DNA of 64,000 nt from Gemmatimonadota bacterium. Lineage in GTDB: Bacteria > Gemmatimonadota > Gemmatimonadetes > Gemmatimonadales > GWC2-71-9. Each line of letters begins with the position of its first letter. The stretch's first letter is position 1. The position numbers and the translations under genes were made by a program. The DNA lies in contig JANNQX010000147.1 of assembly GCA_031400975.1 (NCBI GenBank), forward strand, positions 393-64,392, in the 5' to 3' direction. Positions 20,901 through 30,145 of the stretch are shown piece by piece. Below the pieces are notes generated by a model. The model was not told the origin of the DNA, searched no databases, and saw nothing but the letters and a program-made list of their open reading frames with translations.

Positions 20901-21224
20901 GATGAGTTGCGCCAGGAACTTCGGGAGCGGTTCGGGGTCCTCCCCGATGCTGCCGAGAACTTGCTTGACCTGACCCGGCTTCGGGTCATTGGGGCCCGGC
21001 TCGGGATTCAGCATGTCTTGGTCCGGGGCGACGAGGCGCGGGTGAGTTTCCGGGCGGGAACGACCCCCCGGATGGCCCGACTCACGTCGGCGCTCGAGAA
21101 CGTGCAGCTGTCGGCGGATGTGCGGCGAACGGTGCCGTTGTCGCTTCGGCTGGTGCGGTTGGGTGGGGAGGAGATCATTCGGGCTCTGGTGCGGGCGCTT
21201 CGCCAGGTAGGAGCCGACAAATAG
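17955..21224 (+). CDS. mfd: Transcription-repair coupling factor
   Basis: VVHLDHGIG (CarD/RID), GDVGYGKTE, IDEEHRFG, TATPIPRT, QLRGRVGRS, TRCF C-terminus. Confidence 0.97.
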   Translation: MLQPVLDAFGRTGFARDVIGRLPAAGGTLRIGGLPGSSPAVLAAWLRSERPTQLITIVATTPSEAERWLADLGQLTGGGIALYPQREALGEEERHVEIAGERTETLQALIGGSLGILVTTARASAERTAIPAVLAAYRLELVRGAAMPLGDLIEQLESMGYSRVPTVTEVAQFSVRGGIVDLYGFGMPIPVRAEWWGDVIESVRGFDLTSQRSGPEQDAVTVLPVRSLPAAQLSEGEARVRRSLLDLLPTGTLVIVDSMTSNAEEVTRAWREAEHHLDVARRLGEDPPKRADIFLSPEQWAAAGQRFAHLSLLEEPVELQAGFFPPEKIDRDIRRLRSILDGGLTTLILCDNEGQLERLSELLDEQGRPGGAVLAVGALDGGFVMPALRVMTDHEVFRRARRLRRARRYRQAAPTVVAGTLASGDYVVHLDHGIGIYRGITSIEVEGGVIEVAIVEYEGGDRLHVPLYRLDQIERYRSATDDGDEAPPRIHRLGNSSWKKVRDKTREAIQQMAAELLDLYARRQVNAGFGFPPDTKWQRELESSFLYEDTPDQRRATDDVKKDMERPVPMDRLVVGDVGYGKTEIAVRAAFKAVQGGKQVAVLVPTTVLAEQHGRTFAERLADFPLKVEVLSRFRTAKEQKRVLGELAAGAIDIVIGTHRLLSKDVEFKDLGLLVIDEEHRFGVKHKDMIKAIKLSVDVLTLTATPIPRTLHMSLAGIRDLSLIETAPRDRSPILTFVEPWDDGLLEESFARELDRGGQVFMVHNRIETIETIAARVRALAPRARVGVGHGQMSADGLEVVMQKFVVGEIDILVSTMIVESGLDVPNANTMVVHDAHRFGLAQLYQLRGRVGRSHRRAYCYLLTPDLIDQEAEERLKVLEHHTELGAGYRIALKDLEIRGAGNLLGSEQSGHAHAVGFDLYLRWLEETVKSLRAGGGIIETPAPPDVVFDRPAQLPDDYVADDDSKLDIYRRLARAARPDEIDELRQELRERFGVLPDAAENLLDLTRLRVIGARLGIQHVLVRGDEARVSFRAGTTPRMARLTSALENVQLSADVRRTVPLSLRLVRLGGEEIIRALVRALRQVGADK

Positions 21225-21276
21225 GCGCGACGGTGCACCAGCATCCGTCATCAAGTACTAATGAATGGGAGTGGAC

Positions 21277-22719
21277 ATGAGGCGTTTGGTCATTGGGTTC
21301 GTGCTTGGGGGCGCGCTGCTCTCCGGCTGCGACAAATTCGCGGCGCGGTCAGATGTGGCGGCTCTGGTGGGGACCCACGAATTGTCAGCGGCTCGGGTGG
21401 CCGAAATCATGGGTAAATCCGGAGGTGGGCCGACGATTCAGGCCGCCGAGTTCATCTCGAACCTCTGGCTGGACTATTCGCTCTTCGCGCAGGCCGTGGC
21501 AAAGAACGAAATCAAGACCGACTCCGCGACGGTGGAGAACGTTCTCTGGCCCACCTACGCCTCCGCCCGCGCCAAGATGTGGCGGGATTCAGTGCGGATC
21601 AAGCGGTCTACGTTGTCGCCGGGGGCGGTTGACAGCGCCTACAATGGGAGTGACGCCCGGATTGTCCAACACATCATCTTGATGCCGGCCGGGCCGACTG
21701 CGGCCGACACGGCGGCCGCGGCGAAGCAGGCGGCCGATGCCCTAGCCAAGCTGAAGGGCGGCGCCGATTTCGGTCAGCTGGCCGCCCAAGTCAGCGGCGA
21801 CGGCAGCAAGGCCGATCAAGGCTATTTGCCGTTTGGCCCCCGGGGTCAGTTCGTCAAGGAATTCGACGATGTGGCCTGGAATCTCGCGCCGGGCGAGATG
21901 AGCGGGGTCGTCAAGAGTCAGTTCGGGTTCCATCTCATTCGGCGCCCGACCCTGGACGAGGCGCGGACTCGGATCACCGCAAAGCTGTCGGAACTGACGG
22001 CCGGCAAGACCGACTCGCTCTACGTCGGCGAGTTGGAAAAAGTGTACGGGTTCAAGGTCGCGAGCGGCGGCCCCGCTGCCATGAAGTCCGCGGCCGCATA
22101 TCCGGAAGACGTGCGGAGCTCGAAGCGGACCTTGGTGACCATCAGGGGTGGTGACCTGACCATGGGGGACTTCGTCCGATGGACGGCGATGTTCCCGCTC
22201 CAAGCAAAGATGCAGATCCGGAACGCGCCCGACAGTCTGCTCAACGCATTCGCCAAGGACCTCGCTCTCCAGACCGTGATGCTCAAGGCCGCTGACTCGG
22301 CGGGCATGAAAGTCCAGCCCCAGATGCGGCAGTTCGCGTTGATGCGCTACGCCCAATCGGTCGATCAGTTGCGTACCGAGCTCGGGCTGAGCGTGCCCGA
22401 ACTCGGCGCCGAATCGAAGCTGGCGCCGGCCGACAAATCGAAGCTCGCGTCGGACAAGGTCGAAGACTTCTTCGCCCGGCTTCTCGACGGCAAAGCCCAA
22501 ATGCAAACCTTGCTTCCGGAATTGGGCGATCACCTCCGCGCCGCCGGTGGCGGCCGGGTGAACCAGGCTGGGATTGCCAGGGCGGTTGAGCTGGCGACCG
22601 CGACCTTCCGGCGCGACTCAGCGGCGGCTGCCGCGAAGGGCGTCCCGCCCGGCGGCCCGGATCCGATTCAACAGGCTCCCGGTGGCCCGCCGATCGGCGA
22701 GCCGGCGAAGAAGCCGTAG
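21277..22719 (+). CDS. PpiC-type peptidyl-prolyl isomerase lipoprotein
   Basis: Lipobox LSGC; HIIL, FGQLA, FVKEF, KSQFGFHLI parvulin motifs. Confidence 0.85.
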   Translation: MRRLVIGFVLGGALLSGCDKFAARSDVAALVGTHELSAARVAEIMGKSGGGPTIQAAEFISNLWLDYSLFAQAVAKNEIKTDSATVENVLWPTYASARAKMWRDSVRIKRSTLSPGAVDSAYNGSDARIVQHIILMPAGPTAADTAAAAKQAADALAKLKGGADFGQLAAQVSGDGSKADQGYLPFGPRGQFVKEFDDVAWNLAPGEMSGVVKSQFGFHLIRRPTLDEARTRITAKLSELTAGKTDSLYVGELEKVYGFKVASGGPAAMKSAAAYPEDVRSSKRTLVTIRGGDLTMGDFVRWTAMFPLQAKMQIRNAPDSLLNAFAKDLALQTVMLKAADSAGMKVQPQMRQFALMRYAQSVDQLRTELGLSVPELGAESKLAPADKSKLASDKVEDFFARLLDGKAQMQTLLPELGDHLRAAGGGRVNQAGIARAVELATATFRRDSAAAAAKGVPPGGPDPIQQAPGGPPIGEPAKKP

Positions 22720-22728
22720 CTGAAGGGG

Positions 22729-24075
22729 ATGGCATTGATGTCGTTCACGGCGATTGGGTTGGCCGGTTTGGTGGCGGTGGTGGTGCTGGTGCCATCGCCG
22801 CTCGAGGCCCAGGAGCGGGACACCGCGAATGCCCTCGATCGGATCGTGGCCGTGGTGGGAACCAGGGCGATTCTGTCGTCGCAGCTCCAGGAGCGATTGT
22901 ACACGGAGCTCCAGGGGCGCGAAGTGCCGAAGGACCCCAAGGTTCTCCAGCAAATGCTGGAGACGATCCGTGGCTCGCTGGTCGATGACGAGCTGGTGGT
23001 CCAAGAGGCCCAACGTGATACCACGATCAAGGTGCTCGACGAAGAGGTGACCCAATCGGTCGACGAGCTGTACCGGAATATCCGGAGCAAGTTCAATTCG
23101 GAGGAGCAGTTCCGGACCGACTTGCAGCGGGCCGGGTTTCAAACGCTCGAGGAATGGAGGAGCTACAGTTCGGATCAGCAGCGCCGCCGATTTCTCGGCG
23201 ATCGGTTCTGGCAGATGCTGAACCAAAGCCAGAAGGTCAAAGAACTGCCGCCGACGGATTCGGAGGTTCGGGAGTACTTCGATCAGAACAAGCTCTCGTT
23301 TGCACCGCGGTCTGAAGGAGTCTCGTTTCGCCAGATTATTGTCGGGCCGAAGGCGAGCGATGACGCCAAGGCCAGTGCCCTCAGGGTGGCGGACTCAATT
23401 TTGGTCGAGCTCCGAAAAGGGGGCGATTTTGCGGTCGCGGCCCGGCGTTTTTCGATGGATCCGGCCACCAAAGAGCAGGGCGGATCGCTCAATTGGATCC
23501 GCCGGGGTCAGGGCTACGATCCCAAGTTCGAGGAGGCCGCATTTTCGCTCCGACCGGGCCAAATTTCCGATCCGGTCGAGTCGTCGTTCGGATTCCACCT
23601 GATTCAGGTGGAACGGGTCCAGCCGGCCGAGGTGTCGGTTCGTCACATCTTGATCAGTCCGGTGATCGACTCGACGAACGCGGACAGCTCCAGGCGAGTG
23701 GCCGAGGCGGTCTATGTTGCCATCAAAGCGGGGGCCTCGTTCGATAGCCTTCAGCGGATCTATCACGACAAGATCGAAGAGCGGGAGGTGAGTCAGCTAC
23801 CGCTCGACCAGTTGGCCCGGCAGGCTCCGCCGTACGCCGAGGCCCTCCGGGACGTCAAACAGGGCGAGCTGGCTCCGCTCTTTCGGCTCGACTCGCCCGA
23901 CCCGAACCGGGCCAAGCTCGCCGTTGTTCAGGTCACCGCCAGGATCTCCGCCGGGGAGACTCGTTTTGAGGACGTTCGGGACCAGATTCGGAACCGGTTG
24001 GCCAGCATCCTGGGCCGCCGGAAACACCTAGATCGGCTCCGGTCGGCGACCTTCGTGGAGGTTCGCCCCCTTTGA
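22729..24075 (+). CDS. surA: SurA-like periplasmic chaperone/PPIase
   Basis: DRIVAVVG N-domain, two parvulin-like domains (FAVAARRFSMD..GGSL, ESSFGFHLI), upstream of pdxA. Confidence 0.8.
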   Translation: MALMSFTAIGLAGLVAVVVLVPSPLEAQERDTANALDRIVAVVGTRAILSSQLQERLYTELQGREVPKDPKVLQQMLETIRGSLVDDELVVQEAQRDTTIKVLDEEVTQSVDELYRNIRSKFNSEEQFRTDLQRAGFQTLEEWRSYSSDQQRRRFLGDRFWQMLNQSQKVKELPPTDSEVREYFDQNKLSFAPRSEGVSFRQIIVGPKASDDAKASALRVADSILVELRKGGDFAVAARRFSMDPATKEQGGSLNWIRRGQGYDPKFEEAAFSLRPGQISDPVESSFGFHLIQVERVQPAEVSVRHILISPVIDSTNADSSRRVAEAVYVAIKAGASFDSLQRIYHDKIEEREVSQLPLDQLARQAPPYAEALRDVKQGELAPLFRLDSPDPNRAKLAVVQVTARISAGETRFEDVRDQIRNRLASILGRRKHLDRLRSATFVEVRPL

Positions 24076-24986
24076 CGACTGGGCCCGCGCGCCTCGCCGT
24101 GACGCTCGGCGATCCACGCGGAATCGGGCCAGAGATCGTCGCCAAAGCCCTGGTCGGCCTGACCGGGGCCTCGATTACCCTGATTGGTGCCGACGACCAA
24201 ATCAACGCCATACCGGCGGATCATCGGATTTCGGTCGGCTCGTGGAAGGCAGCATCGGGAGCGCGGCCGGAGGACCGCCCGCGAGTCGTTCGCGCCGGCC
24301 AACTCGCCGGGCACGCGGTTGAGCGGGCTGCGGCCCTAGCCCTGGCTGGTCAGGTTGACGCGGTCGTGACGGCCCCGCTCGAAAAGCACGCGATCAACTT
24401 GGCGGGATTCCGGTACCCCGGCCATACCGAATGGTTGGCCCACCTGGCCGGCGATGTCGAAGTGGCCATGATGTTGGCGGCGGACCGGCTCCGGGTCGTG
24501 CTGGTGACCACCCATGTGGCCTTTCGGGACGTTCCGGCGCTCCTGACAACCGACCGCATCGTCCGGACCGGTAAGGTGACGGTGAAGGGGCTTCAAGACT
24601 GGTTCGGAATCGCCGAGCCGCGGCTGGCGCTCTGCGCGGTCAACCCCCACGCGGGAGAGCAGGGGTTGTTTGGCGACGAGGAAGCCCGGATCTTAGCCCC
24701 CGCCGCCAAGGCCCTCGGGGCGGCGGGACCGCTCCCGGCGGACACGGTATTCGTCCGGGCCATGCAGGGCGAATTCGATGTCGTGCTGGCCCCGTACCAC
24801 GATGTCGGAATGACCGCCATCAAAGTTGCGGCTTTCGGCGAAGGGGTCAACATCACCCTCGGCCTGCCGTTCCCCCGGACCTCCCCCGACCATGGCACCG
24901 CGTTCGACATCGCCGGCCAAGACCGGGCCAACCCCGCCAGCATGCGCCAAGCCCTCAGCCTCGCGGCCCGCCTGGCCCGTCGCTAG
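24072..24986 (+). CDS. pdxA: 4-hydroxythreonine-4-phosphate dehydrogenase
   Basis: TLGDPRGIGPE, GHTE, NPHAGE, YHD, RTSPDHGTAFDIAG. Confidence 0.93.
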   Translation: MTTGPARLAVTLGDPRGIGPEIVAKALVGLTGASITLIGADDQINAIPADHRISVGSWKAASGARPEDRPRVVRAGQLAGHAVERAAALALAGQVDAVVTAPLEKHAINLAGFRYPGHTEWLAHLAGDVEVAMMLAADRLRVVLVTTHVAFRDVPALLTTDRIVRTGKVTVKGLQDWFGIAEPRLALCAVNPHAGEQGLFGDEEARILAPAAKALGAAGPLPADTVFVRAMQGEFDVVLAPYHDVGMTAIKVAAFGEGVNITLGLPFPRTSPDHGTAFDIAGQDRANPASMRQALSLAARLARR

Positions 24987-26319
24987 CGCCGGCCGCCGGT
25001 CGAGTGCCGAGTGCCGACCGCCGAGTGCCGAGAACTTTCTTGACCCGCCTCCCGTCCATGGCCACGATCTCGAAGTCGAACTCGCCGGCGGTGATCCGGT
25101 CGCCGGGTTGGGGGAGGCGGCCCAACTGACCGAAGAGGTAGCCGCCTAACGTGGTGTAGTCGGTGTCGTCGAGCTCGGTGTCGTGGCTGGCGTTGAAATC
25201 GGAGATTGTCATCGCCCCGTCGAGGAGGGGAGCGTCATCAGGGCGGGCGGGTCGTTCGACGGCGTCGTGTTCGTCGAAGATCGGTCCGACGATTTCTTCG
25301 AGCAGGTCCTCCATCGTCAGCAGCCCGGCAGTGCCGCCGTACTCGTCGATGACGATGGCCATGTGGACCTTGAGTCGCTTCATGTCGGCCAGGACGTCTT
25401 CGACTTCGCGAGTGCTGGGCACCAGCAGGGGCGGCCGGATGACGGAGCGCACCGGGGCTTCGGGGGTGGTCCGGAGGGCTCGGAGGAGATCCTTGGCGTG
25501 GACGATGCCGATGATGTCATCGAGGGAGTCGAGATGGACCGGATAGCGGGACCGGCCGGCGGCCCCGACGATATCGGCCGCTTGCTCGATCGTCAGCCCG
25601 GCTTCGAGTGCGACAATCTCGGTCCGCGGGGTCATGACATCCTGGGCGGTCTTCTCGGTGAATTCGAAGACGCCCTCCAGGAGCCGGGCGTCCTGCTTGC
25701 CGATTTGACCGCCCACTTGGCTCTGTTCGACCAGCATCCGGATCTCTTCGGGCGAGTGGAGCCGCTCGAGGGAACCGGTGGTCGCGATGCCCATCAGCCG
25801 GAGTAGCCAATTGGCGGTGTTGTTGAGGATCCGAATCGGGACGGCCATCAACCAAGCAAAAGCGATCAGCGGTGCCGCCATCCAGCTGGCGATGATCTCG
25901 GGGTAGCGGAGCGCGAGGGCCTTCGGCATTAACTCGCCGAGGATGATGAGGGTATAGGTGATGACCCCAAAGCTGATCGCGGTGGCGATGGTTTGCGTCT
26001 GGACCGGGCCGATCCGATCGGGGAGGGTCTCAAACCCCCTGAGGATCAGGGCGGACAGGGCCGGCTCGCCAACCCAGCCGAGGCCCAAGGAGCAGAGGGT
26101 AATGCCGAGCTGGGTAGCCGAAATGTACCGGCCTAGTGATTGATGGACCCGGCTGGCCAGCATAGCTTTGCGGTCGCCTTCGCGGGCCATTTCGTCGAGA
26201 CGGGTCTTTCGGGATCCGACGAGGGCAAACTCCGCGGCGACGAAGAAGGCGTTCGCCCCGACCAGGGCAATCACCGCCGCGAGACCAAGCAACAGGGTCC
26301 CGGCTTGGGGAGGTTCCAT
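24955..26319 (-). CDS. HlyC/CorC-family (CNNM + CBS + CorC) transporter
   Basis: FFVAAEFALV, QLGIT, GELMPK, VMTPR, SRYPV, DEYGGTAG, TLGGY. Confidence 0.92.
   Translation of the reverse strand: MEPPQAGTLLLGLAAVIALVGANAFFVAAEFALVGSRKTRLDEMAREGDRKAMLASRVHQSLGRYISATQLGITLCSLGLGWVGEPALSALILRGFETLPDRIGPVQTQTIATAISFGVITYTLIILGELMPKALALRYPEIIASWMAAPLIAFAWLMAVPIRILNNTANWLLRLMGIATTGSLERLHSPEEIRMLVEQSQVGGQIGKQDARLLEGVFEFTEKTAQDVMTPRTEIVALEAGLTIEQAADIVGAAGRSRYPVHLDSLDDIIGIVHAKDLLRALRTTPEAPVRSVIRPPLLVPSTREVEDVLADMKRLKVHMAIVIDEYGGTAGLLTMEDLLEEIVGPIFDEHDAVERPARPDDAPLLDGAMTISDFNASHDTELDDTDYTTLGGYLFGQLGRLPQPGDRITAGEFDFEIVAMDGRRVKKVLGTRRSALGTRPAAGASDGPGGPRG
25001..25032. repeat. Second copy of the CGAGTGC heptamer array, inside the 3' end of hlyC/corC
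   Basis: CGAGTGC CGAGTGC CGACCGC CGAGTGC CGAG; same unit as 11051-11174. Confidence 0.75.
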
Positions 26320-27271
26320 AAGTACGAACGTTAGTCACCCGGCGCCCTCCGAGCGAGAGGCGGTCTCAAACAAGCTGATCATCGTCCTCGGCCTGACCAC
26401 CGTTTTCATGGTGATCGAGGCGGTCGCCGGCTGGGTCAGCGGGTCGCTCGCCTTGCTGGCGGATGCCGGCCACATGCTGATCGACGTGGCGGCCTTGGCC
26501 CTTTCGGCCTTTACGGCCTGGCTCGCCCGGCGTCCCGCGTCGCCGTCGAAGACGTACGGCTATCTCCGAATGGAGATCCTGGCAGCCGTGGTCAACGGGG
26601 CCGCCCTGATCGGGATTGCGGCGGCGGTGACCGTCGAGGCCTTTGACCGGCTGGGCGACCCCCAACCGATCAGGGTGGACATCTTCCTAGCGGCGGCCGC
26701 CGCCGGCCTGGTGATCAACGTCTTGAGCCTCCGGCTCCTCCATAGCCACCGCCACGGCGGACTCAATGTTCGAGGGGCGTACCTCCATGTGGTCGGGGAT
26801 ACCCTGGGGTCCGTCGGGGCTATGGCGGCAGCCCTGGTGGTGAAATACACCGGGTGGACCCTGATCGACCCGATTATGTCCATCGTGCTCTCGGTCCTGA
26901 TCTTGGGCGGGGCCTGGCAGCTCCTCAAGGAGAGCACCCAGATCCTGCTGGAGGCGGCTCCCCCCCACGTTCCAATGGCCGACGTCCGGGCCAGGCTCCT
27001 GGCGGTGGATGGGGTGCAGGACGTGCACGATCTCCACGTGTGGACCGTCACCAGCGGCGTTGTTGCCATGAGCGGACACATCGTGGTGCCGGAGCTGACC
27101 CGCCATCCGGAGGCCCTGAAGCGGCTTCTTGGGGAGCTCGCGGGGCTTGGAATCCAACATTCGACGCTTCAGCTCGAGGTTGAGGACCACTGTGAAGGGC
27201 TCGATTGTTTGCGGCGAGAGGGACCTGGGGCGGCGGACCCCAGGGGCAGTCATGTTGGGCACCGCCACTAG
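26318..27271 (+). CDS. Cation diffusion facilitator (CzcD/ZitB-like); start uncertain
   Basis: SLALLADAGHM, TYGYLRMEILAA, NVRGAYLHVVGD, HDLHVW, His-containing tail. Confidence 0.88.
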   Translation: MSTNVSHPAPSEREAVSNKLIIVLGLTTVFMVIEAVAGWVSGSLALLADAGHMLIDVAALALSAFTAWLARRPASPSKTYGYLRMEILAAVVNGAALIGIAAAVTVEAFDRLGDPQPIRVDIFLAAAAAGLVINVLSLRLLHSHRHGGLNVRGAYLHVVGDTLGSVGAMAAALVVKYTGWTLIDPIMSIVLSVLILGGAWQLLKESTQILLEAAPPHVPMADVRARLLAVDGVQDVHDLHVWTVTSGVVAMSGHIVVPELTRHPEALKRLLGELAGLGIQHSTLQLEVEDHCEGLDCLRREGPGAADPRGSHVGHRH

Positions 27272-27354
27272 GGGGTCCCGGCTGGTTCCAGGCCCCTCCT
27301 TGCGCCGGTCTGGCTCCCCGATCTATATATGGCCCGCCGAAGGGGGCTAAAGCT

Positions 27355-29208
27355 TTGCAGATTCGTAACATTGCTATCATTGCACACGTCGACCACGGGA
27401 AGACGACGCTGGTGGATCAGATGCTCCGCCAAGCGGGTGTCTTCCGCGAAAATCAGCACGTCGAAGAACGGGTCATGGATTCGAATCCGCTCGAAAAGGA
27501 GCGCGGGATTACGATTCTGGCCAAGAATACCTCGGTCCATTGGGGCGACACCAAGATCAACATTGTCGATACGCCCGGCCACGCCGATTTTGGCGGTGAA
27601 GTCGAACGAATCCTCCGGATGGTTGATGGCGTTTTGATTCTGGTCGATGCGGCGGAAGGCCCGATGCCGCAGACCAGGTTCGTGACTCGGAAGGCGCTGG
27701 CCCTCGGTCTCAAGCCGATCGTGGCCATCAACAAAATCGACCGGCCCGACGCCGAGCCGTATCGGGTCCACGACGAAGTGCTGGGGTTGTTCATCGATCT
27801 CGAAGCGACCCATGAGCAGTTGGACGCGCCGTTTCTGTACACCTCGAGCCGGCACGGTCACGCCACGACGGAACTCGAGACGCGGGGGACGACGTTGACC
27901 CCGTTGTTCGATTCGATCGTCGCCAATGTTCCGGCGCCGACCGGCGATCCGAACGGGCCGTTTCAGATGTTGATTTCGACCCTCGATCACTCCTCGTTCT
28001 TGGGGCGCCTCGGGATCGGCCGGATCGAGCGGGGTCGCCTCAAACTGGGCGACACGGTCTCGGTGCTGCCGTTGGGCGAACCGGGCATGGTAGGGGGTGA
28101 AGAGGTGATCGGCCGGGGGCGGGTCACCCGTCTGTACCAGTTCGAGGGCTTGGCGCGGATCGAGGTGCCGGAGGCCGAAGCCGGCGACATCGTGGTGGTG
28201 TCGGGGTTCGACGGGATTGAAATTGGCAAGACATTGACCGACGTCGAGCATCCGGAACGGCTCGAGGGCATTGCGGTCGAGGAGCCGACAATCTCGGTCG
28301 ATTTCTCCCTCAACAACTCGCCGTTTTCAGGCCGAGAGGGGAAGTTCGTTACCAGCCGCCAGGTTCGGGATCGGTTGTTCAAGGAACTGGAGCGGAACGT
28401 CGCGCTCAAGGTTGAAGAGACCGATTCGCCGGACACCTTGGCGGTCAGCGGCCGGGGCGAGCTCCATTTGGGCATCCTGATGGAGACGATGCGGCGGGAG
28501 GGCTACGAGTTCCAGGTCTCCCGGCCGCGGGTCATCACCCGTGAAGGCCCCGACGGCGAGCGGATGGAGCCGTATGAGGAACTGATGGTCGATGTCCCGG
28601 ACACGTTCATGGGTGCGGTCATGGAAAAGCTGGGGCCGCGACGGGCGGAGTTGACGGAAATGCGGAACCCGGGGCAAGGCAACCTGCGGATGGTGTTTCG
28701 GATTCCGTCACGGGGCCTGTTCGGCTACCGGTCGGAGTTTCTGACCGATACGCGGGGAACCGGAACGCTCAACCACCGGTTCTTGGACTATGGTCCGTGG
28801 GCCGGGCCATTGGCCGGCCGGAAGCGGGGCGTCCTGGTGGCCGATCGGGAGGGCGATGCGGTGGGCTTTGCGCTGGCCAACTTGCAGGAGCGAGCCCAGC
28901 TGTTCGTAGCGCCGGGCGAGGCGGTGTACGAAGGGATGGTCGTGGGGGAGAATTCGCGGCCCGAAGACATGGACGTCAATGTGGCCAAGGAAAAGAAGCT
29001 GACGAACATGCGGACGACGGCGACCGACGACAACATCATGCTGGAACCGCCCCGGGTCATCACGCTGGAGTACGCCCTCGAGTACATCGAGGATGACGAA
29101 TTGATCGAAGTGACGCCGGCATCGATCCGGCTGCGGAAGCGGGCGCTCCAGCAGAATGAGCGCCGGAAAACCGCCCGGGCAACGGCTCGGGCCAACGCGT
29201 CGACGTGA
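27355..29208 (+). CDS. typA: Translational GTPase TypA/BipA
   Basis: IRNIAIIAHVDHGKTTLVD, DTPGHADFGGEVER, GRGELHL, KKLTNMR; TTG start at 27355. Confidence 0.97.
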   Translation: MQIRNIAIIAHVDHGKTTLVDQMLRQAGVFRENQHVEERVMDSNPLEKERGITILAKNTSVHWGDTKINIVDTPGHADFGGEVERILRMVDGVLILVDAAEGPMPQTRFVTRKALALGLKPIVAINKIDRPDAEPYRVHDEVLGLFIDLEATHEQLDAPFLYTSSRHGHATTELETRGTTLTPLFDSIVANVPAPTGDPNGPFQMLISTLDHSSFLGRLGIGRIERGRLKLGDTVSVLPLGEPGMVGGEEVIGRGRVTRLYQFEGLARIEVPEAEAGDIVVVSGFDGIEIGKTLTDVEHPERLEGIAVEEPTISVDFSLNNSPFSGREGKFVTSRQVRDRLFKELERNVALKVEETDSPDTLAVSGRGELHLGILMETMRREGYEFQVSRPRVITREGPDGERMEPYEELMVDVPDTFMGAVMEKLGPRRAELTEMRNPGQGNLRMVFRIPSRGLFGYRSEFLTDTRGTGTLNHRFLDYGPWAGPLAGRKRGVLVADREGDAVGFALANLQERAQLFVAPGEAVYEGMVVGENSRPEDMDVNVAKEKKLTNMRTTATDDNIMLEPPRVITLEYALEYIEDDELIEVTPASIRLRKRALQQNERRKTARATARANAST

Positions 29209-29249
29209 CGCAAACCCGTTACCCTATTCCTAGGAAGGTGGAGAACCCC

Positions 29250-29471
29250 ATGTCGGCCCTGGTGGCGTCGTACGGAGCAGTCGAAATGCGCCGTCGTTTT
29301 GATGAAGACGAAGAGGATCCGGACGGCAATCCTATTGGATTCGAAGACAACGAGGACGATGAGGACCTCGACGACGACGAGTTGGACGACGATGACGATG
29401 GCGACGACGACGAGTTGGATGAGGATCCCGAGGCGGGTTTTGACTTTTCCGAGGATGACGACGAGCGGTGA
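29250..29471 (+). CDS. Small, extremely acidic hypothetical protein
   Basis: SD-like AGGAAGGTGGAG before ATG 29250; Asp/Glu runs. Confidence 0.55.
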   Translation: MSALVASYGAVEMRRRFDEDEEDPDGNPIGFEDNEDDEDLDDDELDDDDDGDDDELDEDPEAGFDFSEDDDER

Positions 29472-29514
29472 GCTGACCCCCCTGTCGTGGCCTAAATGTC
29501 GATGGGGGCTAGGG

Positions 29515-29544
29515 TTGCGTGAGGTGCCAGGGGGCGGCTATTGT
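29515..29544 (+). promoter_or_regulatory. Putative sigma70 promoter for tRNA-Ile
   Basis: TTGCGT (29515-20), 18-nt spacer, TATTGT (29539-44), GC-rich discriminator, ~26 nt before the tRNA. Confidence 0.55.
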
Positions 29545-29569
29545 AACCGGCCCTAGGGATTCGGTCTTT

Positions 29570-29644
<75 letters not shown>

Positions 29645-29719
29645 CTTCGAGCTCGGTGCCCTGCCTGATCCACCTCGGGTCGGGCCGGGCTCTGGTTTGT
29701 GTTTAGGAGGGTTGATCCC

Positions 29720-30145
29720 ATGCCGACCGACTGCTCCAGGCGGACTTTGCTGCAAGCGGCCCTGATGGCGGCGGGGCCGTGGTTCGGGGCACGAGGTTCC
29801 CAAGGCCATGGTGTGCGATCGGCGATGGCGGGCCATCCGGTGCCGCGGCCTGGAGTGACCGCCGGGAAAGTGCTTCCGTCAGCCGAGCTCGAGACGACTC
29901 CGGAAATCGCCGCGATTTTCGATCAGATTCGGGAGATTCCCGCCGTCCTTGATGGGATCCGGTGCCAGTGTGACTGTCCCGATCTCGAGGGCTACTATTC
30001 CCTCCTGACTTGCTATGAAGGACCTGATGCCATGGCGCGCCACTGTGAGATCTGTCAAGCCGAGGGCCGCCTGGTGACTCGGCTCCACCGGAGCGGTCGG
30101 ACCCTCGACCAGATTCGAAGGGCGGTCGATGCGCGGTTTCGTTAG
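29720..30145 (+). CDS. PCYCGC-motif-like Cys-rich protein with Tat-like signal
   Basis: SRRTLL twin-arginine-like signal; CQCDC, SLLTCY, CEIC; AGGAGG SD. Confidence 0.7.
   Translation: MPTDCSRRTLLQAALMAAGPWFGARGSQGHGVRSAMAGHPVPRPGVTAGKVLPSAELETTPEIAAIFDQIREIPAVLDGIRCQCDCPDLEGYYSLLTCYEGPDAMARHCEICQAEGRLVTRLHRSGRTLDQIRRAVDARFR

Noticed and set aside
17952-21254. 1100-aa antisense ORF
   Set aside because: Exact shadow of mfd on the opposite strand, a common high-GC codon-bias artefact; no motifs.
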